From Candidatus Kapaibacterium sp. (GTDB lineage: Bacteria; Bacteroidota; Ignavibacteria; Kapaibacteriales; UBA2268), in the NCBI GenBank assembly GCA_963665665.1, contig OY762428.1:352001-416000 (forward strand): 64,000 nt of DNA, in the 5' to 3' direction. The translations under genes were made by a program, and so were the position numbers. The notes below the pieces were generated by a model. The model had not been told where the DNA came from. It ran no database searches and worked only from the letters and a program-made list of their open reading frames with translations. The first letter of the stretch is position 1, and the number at the start of each line of letters is the position of its first letter. This document shows positions 59,182 through 64,000 of this stretch, piece after piece.

Positions 59182-60323
59182 GTTTTCCTGTTATTTTTAT
59201 TATATTTTCTCTTTGGATTATCGGATTTGTAATTCCGGTTTTTATTTCCTGACGATTGTTTATTTTTATCGTAATTTGTTTTTTTTGGAAGAACTTTCCT
59301 GGGTTTTGTATTTAATACTTTTCTTAATTTCCCACCCAGAGGCTTAAAGTTCTTAACAATTTTCAAATATATCGGAATAACAGCTATTTCAATATTTGCT
59401 GTTTCAAAATACTCTTTGAATTTCTGAAGTTTCCCTGCATCTTTTTCGGTAGTTATCAGCCTGTAACAATTATGCTCTTTGCACTTTTCTTCAAGCATTG
59501 TCATGTCATTTAAAGTATAGTCATGATGGTCATCAAGCCGAATATTATCCAGGACATTGTATTTCAATTTATTGAGCATAGTTTCGAACCTTTCGGGCCT
59601 TGCTATACCCGAAATACTTATAACGCCGCCCCTGAAGGAGCTTTCGGTATCATGATCATATTGCTTATCGCTGTTAATCATGTATGGCCTTGCAGCTTTT
59701 CCGCTGGCCCTGATAACTATTTGCCTGTCACTGATAAACGGTTTGATCTCGTCTGTTATCCTTGTACTTCCCATCAAACAAATAATATCCGCTCTTTCAA
59801 TACTGTTCAGTGGCTCTCTTAGCCTGCCCTTGGGTATAAGGTCAGGATTGTCAAGTGTATCCTGGTCAAGAAGCAGAATATCAATATCACGATGAAGCCT
59901 CCTATGCTGGAAACCATCATCGATTATAATACAATCGATATCAAACTTATCGGAAGCCATAACGGCAGCATCAGATTTTGACTTAGCTGAAATTACAGGA
60001 ACTTTGAACTTTCCGGCAAGCATATACATCTCATCGCCCGCATCATCAACATTCAGCAGTATCTCCTTGCCATCGGAAACAATCACATCGCCCTTGCTTT
60101 TTCTTTTATACCCTTTTCCTATGATGGCTGGCTTATGGCCATACTGCAATAAAATTTTCATAAGGAATTCCACGAAGGGGGTTTTACCTGTTCCCCCGGC
60201 GCTAAGGTTGCCAACACTGATAACTGGAACGGAGGCTTTGATTATTTCCTTGCTTTCCTTATCAAACCCGGTGTTTCTCTTTGCCACAAATTTCTGATAA
60301 ATCTTTGATAATAATCCTATCAT
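59142..60323 (-). CDS. lpxK: Tetraacyldisaccharide 4'-kinase
   Basis: VISVGNLSAGGTGKTP, AGDE, DDGFQH, P.GRLREP, GIARP, DHHDY, TTEKD. Confidence 0.93.
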   Translation of the reverse strand: MIGLLSKIYQKFVAKRNTGFDKESKEIIKASVPVISVGNLSAGGTGKTPFVEFLMKILLQYGHKPAIIGKGYKRKSKGDVIVSDGKEILLNVDDAGDEMYMLAGKFKVPVISAKSKSDAAVMASDKFDIDCIIIDDGFQHRRLHRDIDILLLDQDTLDNPDLIPKGRLREPLNSIERADIICLMGSTRITDEIKPFISDRQIVIRASGKAARPYMINSDKQYDHDTESSFRGGVISISGIARPERFETMLNKLKYNVLDNIRLDDHHDYTLNDMTMLEEKCKEHNCYRLITTEKDAGKLQKFKEYFETANIEIAVIPIYLKIVKNFKPLGGKLRKVLNTKPRKVLPKKTNYDKNKQSSGNKNRNYKSDNPKRKYNKNNRKTWNKKPQQKRNPE

Positions 60324-60350
60324 CCGGTTTTAGCCTTTTATTCAAAAAAA

Positions 60351-60947
60351 TTAGTATAGTCTGTTTAACTCACTTTCACATTTACAAATATAAGAATTTA
60401 TTTGTTCTTTGTCAGCATCTGCTGGTATAATAATTCCATCAGGCATAAACAAATCTATTTTCGAAAATGGAAGCGGCAACATAAAATGATCCCAACTTTT
60501 GCCGAAAATCTTAGCATTTCTAATTCTAACACCACAAAGATACAGGGGAACAGAAGCCCTTTGGGCAGTAATTACCGCTCCTGCCTTGAATTTCCTTTCA
60601 GGGCCTCTTGGGCCGTCGGGAGTTATCAGAAAAAGCCTGTCCCCGCTAAGAAGAGTCATTTCCCGAAGTGCTTCCCTGCCACGCTTATGAGATGATCCCC
60701 TGACAACATTATAGCCCCATTTTTCAAGTAATTCCGTCAGTATCTGTCCGTCTTTGCTTGAACTTATTAACGCTCCCGGTTTTCTTTTCGAGAAATATTT
60801 CCAAACAGGCATCATATAGCCATGCCAAAAGGCTATTACACCTTTTTCTTTTGGCATTTCACCGGAAATTCTGATTCTCCACGTTGCAGCAAGTAACCTT
60901 AAAAGAAATACGGCAACCCGATATTTAAATGACAGCCTGATCGTCAT
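60351..60947 (-). CDS. DUF374 lysophospholipid acyltransferase family protein (LpxJ-like)
   Basis: AFWHG, ISSSKDG, VRGSS, TPDGPRGP, SWDHFMLPLPF; lies between lpxB and lpxK. Confidence 0.8.
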   Translation of the reverse strand: MTIRLSFKYRVAVFLLRLLAATWRIRISGEMPKEKGVIAFWHGYMMPVWKYFSKRKPGALISSSKDGQILTELLEKWGYNVVRGSSHKRGREALREMTLLSGDRLFLITPDGPRGPERKFKAGAVITAQRASVPLYLCGVRIRNAKIFGKSWDHFMLPLPFSKIDLFMPDGIIIPADADKEQINSYICKCESELNRLY

Positions 60948-62053
60948 AACAAGTAATCCTTAGTACAAATTTTTGCCGCATTTTCCGATGCTCCTTTTTT
61001 TCCGAGAATTTCCCTTATTTTTTTAAATTTTAATATCTGATTGTTAGCATAATCACCATCAACAGCCAGCTTAACTATCTCAGATGAAATATTTTCCGGC
61101 CTGGCATCTCTTTGAACAAATTCTTTAACAACAAACTCTTTCATCAATATGTTTGCCAACGATATATATTCAAGGTTTATCAATTTTTTACCCATAAAAT
61201 AAGTTAATGCCGAAGCATGATAAAACATAGAATAGGGCATCAGGCACAATGCAGCTTCAAGAGTAGATGTTCCTGTTTTTACAAGCCCGGCCCGACTAAG
61301 TTTCATCAATTCTATTGAATCCGACATCAAGTTCCATCCAGATTCATCAGGACAAATATTTTTATAAAGACTGATATCAACAGATTCAGGCCTGGCAATA
61401 CATATTTCAAATTCAGGCAGTTCCTTTTCAACCAGGATAGCTGTTTCGCGAATTAATCTGCCATGCCTTTTTATTTCCTGGATCCTGCTTCCGGGCAAAA
61501 AAGCAATAATATTTTTTTTATCTGCCGGATCAACTTCATCAAACATAGAATTATCAAGCAGAGGATGGCCAACAAATGTGGTGTTTATTCCGAAGGAGGA
61601 AAAATACTCTTCCTCGAAAGGGAATAATACAAGCAATCGGTCACAAACTCGGGCAAGTTTTTTTGCCCGGTCTTTCCCCCATGCCCATAGCTGAGGAGCA
61701 ATATAATATACAACAGGTACTTTAGCTTTTTTTGCATTAGCAGCAAGGCGCATATTAAAGCCCGGATAATCAATAGGTATGAACAGATCAATATCACCGG
61801 AAGAAATTATTTCAGAACATTTATTTAATACTTCTTTAAAAAACCTGTATTTCTTTGCTACCTCCCAGAAACCAACAACTGAAAGATCAGATATCGGGAT
61901 AATTGACCGAAGGCCTTCAGCCTCCATCCTGTTACCGCCAAGTCCGACAAACTCAATTTCAGGATATATTTTTTTAATTTCGGCCATAAGCCTTGCTGCA
62001 TGTAAATCGCCTGAAGGCTCTCCGGCTGATATAAATATTCTCTTCTTATTCAA
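60944..62053 (-). CDS. lpxB: Lipid-A-disaccharide synthase
   Basis: ISAGEPSGDLHA, IDYPGFN, YYIAPQLWAW, FPFE, FVGHP, LPGSR, GTSTLE. Confidence 0.95.
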   Translation of the reverse strand: MNKKRIFISAGEPSGDLHAARLMAEIKKIYPEIEFVGLGGNRMEAEGLRSIIPISDLSVVGFWEVAKKYRFFKEVLNKCSEIISSGDIDLFIPIDYPGFNMRLAANAKKAKVPVVYYIAPQLWAWGKDRAKKLARVCDRLLVLFPFEEEYFSSFGINTTFVGHPLLDNSMFDEVDPADKKNIIAFLPGSRIQEIKRHGRLIRETAILVEKELPEFEICIARPESVDISLYKNICPDESGWNLMSDSIELMKLSRAGLVKTGTSTLEAALCLMPYSMFYHASALTYFMGKKLINLEYISLANILMKEFVVKEFVQRDARPENISSEIVKLAVDGDYANNQILKFKKIREILGKKGASENAAKICTKDYLL

Positions 62054-62242
62054 CTCAATCCTTTGATCAATAATATTTGTACAAATATAATTATCTTTAA
62101 TTGAAATTCAACTGCCATAATATTATCAGCTTAATTTTTCATTTTTGCAGGAAAAAAAACAGAACAGGATCATTTTTTTGTTGATTTTTTTGAAATAAAT
62201 GTTTATTATTACAGTTGCTGTTGAAAAAATAACGGATTTTAG

Positions 62243-64000
62243 TTGAAAAGAAATTATTACCTGAGATTTAAAAAGTACTGGCTGTTGGCAATAACAATTA
62301 TTTGCGGCGAAATATTTATATTTTTCGCAATTGATTATTATAATGATCAGCTTATATCCGATTATCTGAAAAAACAAACTACCGACTTCAAGATCAAGGT
62401 TCAATCAGTTGTTAATTCATTCAACCTGGTTAGTAAATCTATATATGAAGAAACTTTAAATCAACAGTCAATCCTTGAATTATATAGTAAAAACAATGAA
62501 ACAGACAGCAAACAAAATGATGAAATCAGAAAAACCTTGCTTGATAAACTCAATCCTACTTATGACAATCTGAAATCAATCGGAATAAAGCAGTTACATT
62601 TTCATACCAGGAACAATTATAGTTATCTCAGATTTCACAGGCCGGGTAAATACGGAGACGACCTGACCAATATCAGGCTTTCGGTTAAGATTTGTAATGA
62701 AAAAAAAATTGAAGTACATGGATTTGAAGAAGGCAGGATTTACAACGGTTTCAGAAATGTATTCCCGCTATTTTATAATAAGGAACATATTGGTAGTGTT
62801 GAAACAAGTTTTTCTTTCGGTGCGATAAGAGACCAATTAGCATTAATTAACGAAAAGAAAACATATTTCATCATAAAGAAAAAAGTGGTTTTAGAAAAAT
62901 TATTCAATGACGAATTAGAAAATTATTTGCCATGTTCGCTATCAGAAAACTATCTATACGAAAAGAAGTTTGACCAACATTCCCCGAAAAATGACAGCAT
63001 AATGAAACAAATATGCACTAACGTAAAACCATTCATACAGGACAAATTAAATAGCAACCGTAATTTTTCTATTTATCAGAACATCAACGGCTTATATTAT
63101 TCAATTTCTTTTTATTCCATAAAGAATATTAGCAACAGCCCCGTTGCCTATATAATTTCATATAACGAAAATAGTACAATAGAATCCCTGATAAGCAGAA
63201 ATAAGATATTCCTTTTAATAACTTTAACCATATATCCTTTTTTAATTTTATTTATCGGATTATACATAATTAAAAACATTAAAACAAGACGCCTGAACAA
63301 GCAGCTTATAAGCTCGGAGTTAAAGTTAAAACAAACTAACCGGGAACTGAATATCGCAGTTAATACAAAGGATAAATTCTTTTCAATTATTGCTCACGAC
63401 CTGAAAAACCCTGTTGCAGGTATAGTCGGCCTTTCAAAATTACTCGATGAAGACTTCGACTCTTTCGATAAGGAAGAAACAATTGAATTCGTTTCTGAAA
63501 TTCATTCAAGTTCTTCAAATTTATTAAAATTATTGGAAAATCTTCTATCATGGGCCAGGTCCCAGAGTGGTAAAATAGTTTATTCTCCACAACCTGAGAA
63601 TTTGACAACACTGACTAAACCGATAATTGACTTATTTAAACTGCCTGCAAAAAATAAATTAATTGAATTATCAGACCACATAGACGGCAATTATACTGTG
63701 AATGTTGATGAGTACATGTTTAACACAATATTAAGAAATCTGATATCAAATGCAATCAAATACACACAGGAAGGTGGTAAAATAATTATTGCAGCCCAAA
63801 AATATGATGATACAGGTTTTATTTTACTATCTGTAGCAGATAATGGAACCGGTATGTCGGAAAAAACCAGAAATTCAATTTTTGAAATTGAGAATACAAT
63901 ATCAGTCCCCGGTACAAATAATGAAAGAGGAACGGGACTTGGTTTGATTCTGTGTAAGGAATTTGTTGACAAACATGGCGGCAAAATATGGGTGGAAAGT
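62243..64000 (+). CDS. Sensor histidine kinase with periplasmic Cache-type domain (runs off the window; absent from the ORF track)
   Basis: Open frame from TTG 62243 to 64000. TM helix; HFHTRNNYSYLRFHRPGKYGDDL...GFEEGR...HIGSVE; second TM; H-box FFSIIAHDLKNP; N-box RNLISNAIKYT; DNGTG, GTGLGL, HGGKIWVES. Confidence 0.9.
   Translation, partial: MKRNYYLRFKKYWLLAITIICGEIFIFFAIDYYNDQLISDYLKKQTTDFKIKVQSVVNSFNLVSKSIYEETLNQQSILELYSKNNETDSKQNDEIRKTLLDKLNPTYDNLKSIGIKQLHFHTRNNYSYLRFHRPGKYGDDLTNIRLSVKICNEKKIEVHGFEEGRIYNGFRNVFPLFYNKEHIGSVETSFSFGAIRDQLALINEKKTYFIIKKKVVLEKLFNDELENYLPCSLSENYLYEKKFDQHSPKNDSIMKQICTNVKPFIQDKLNSNRNFSIYQNINGLYYSISFYSIKNISNSPVAYIISYNENSTIESLISRNKIFLLITLTIYPFLILFIGLYIIKNIKTRRLNKQLISSELKLKQTNRELNIAVNTKDKFFSIIAHDLKNPVAGIVGLSKLLDEDFDSFDKEETIEFVSEIHSSSSNLLKLLENLLSWARSQSGKIVYSPQPENLTTLTKPIIDLFKLPAKNKLIELSDHIDGNYTVNVDEYMFNTILRNLISNAIKYTQEGGKIIIAAQKYDDTGFILLSVADNGTGMSEKTRNSIFEIENTISVPGTNNERGTGLGLILCKEFVDKHGGKIWVES

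Noticed and set aside
62126-63984. Minus-strand ORFs 62126-62404, 63387-63611 and 63691-63984
   Set aside because: They lie antisense to a clear histidine kinase frame that the ORF track missed because it has no stop in the window.

Overview
A 64-kb AT-rich bacterial chromosome segment. Several T9SS C-terminal-domain proteins, a PorQ/PorV-family gene, TAnnTTTG promoter boxes, a barrel + OmpA protein and lipid A genes point to the Bacteroidota/Chlorobi/Ignavibacteria/Kapabacteria group (inference). Most of it is housekeeping or metabolic: uup, crt, def, ftcD, hppA, hbd, pepT, parAB, lpxB/lpxK. There are several large secreted surface proteins and a salt-adaptation signature (ablA-symporter-ablB operon, Na+-type pyrophosphatase). 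Accessory elements visible directly in the sequence: (1) an 882-bp integrase-less HNH nuclease cassette bounded by a 27-bp direct repeat that duplicates the 3' end of the upstream gene; (2) a complete 1356-bp IS4-family (IS186-like) element with 19-bp TIRs and an 11-bp TSD, which truncates an MBL-fold hydrolase and carries a T5C5 slippage-type motif leading into a +1-frame C-terminal ORF; (3) an Rpn/PD-(D/E)XK gene with an 11x12-bp repeat; (4) several REP-like palindromes, one nested. Other notable items are a T9SS-exported CxxCH/temptin-like protein, an animal-like fused FTCD, and an FGE-sulfatase lipoprotein with a DGR-target-like C-terminus (no RT in the window). No CRISPR array, rRNA or tRNA was seen. 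All family calls come from motif recognition by eye, not database searches.
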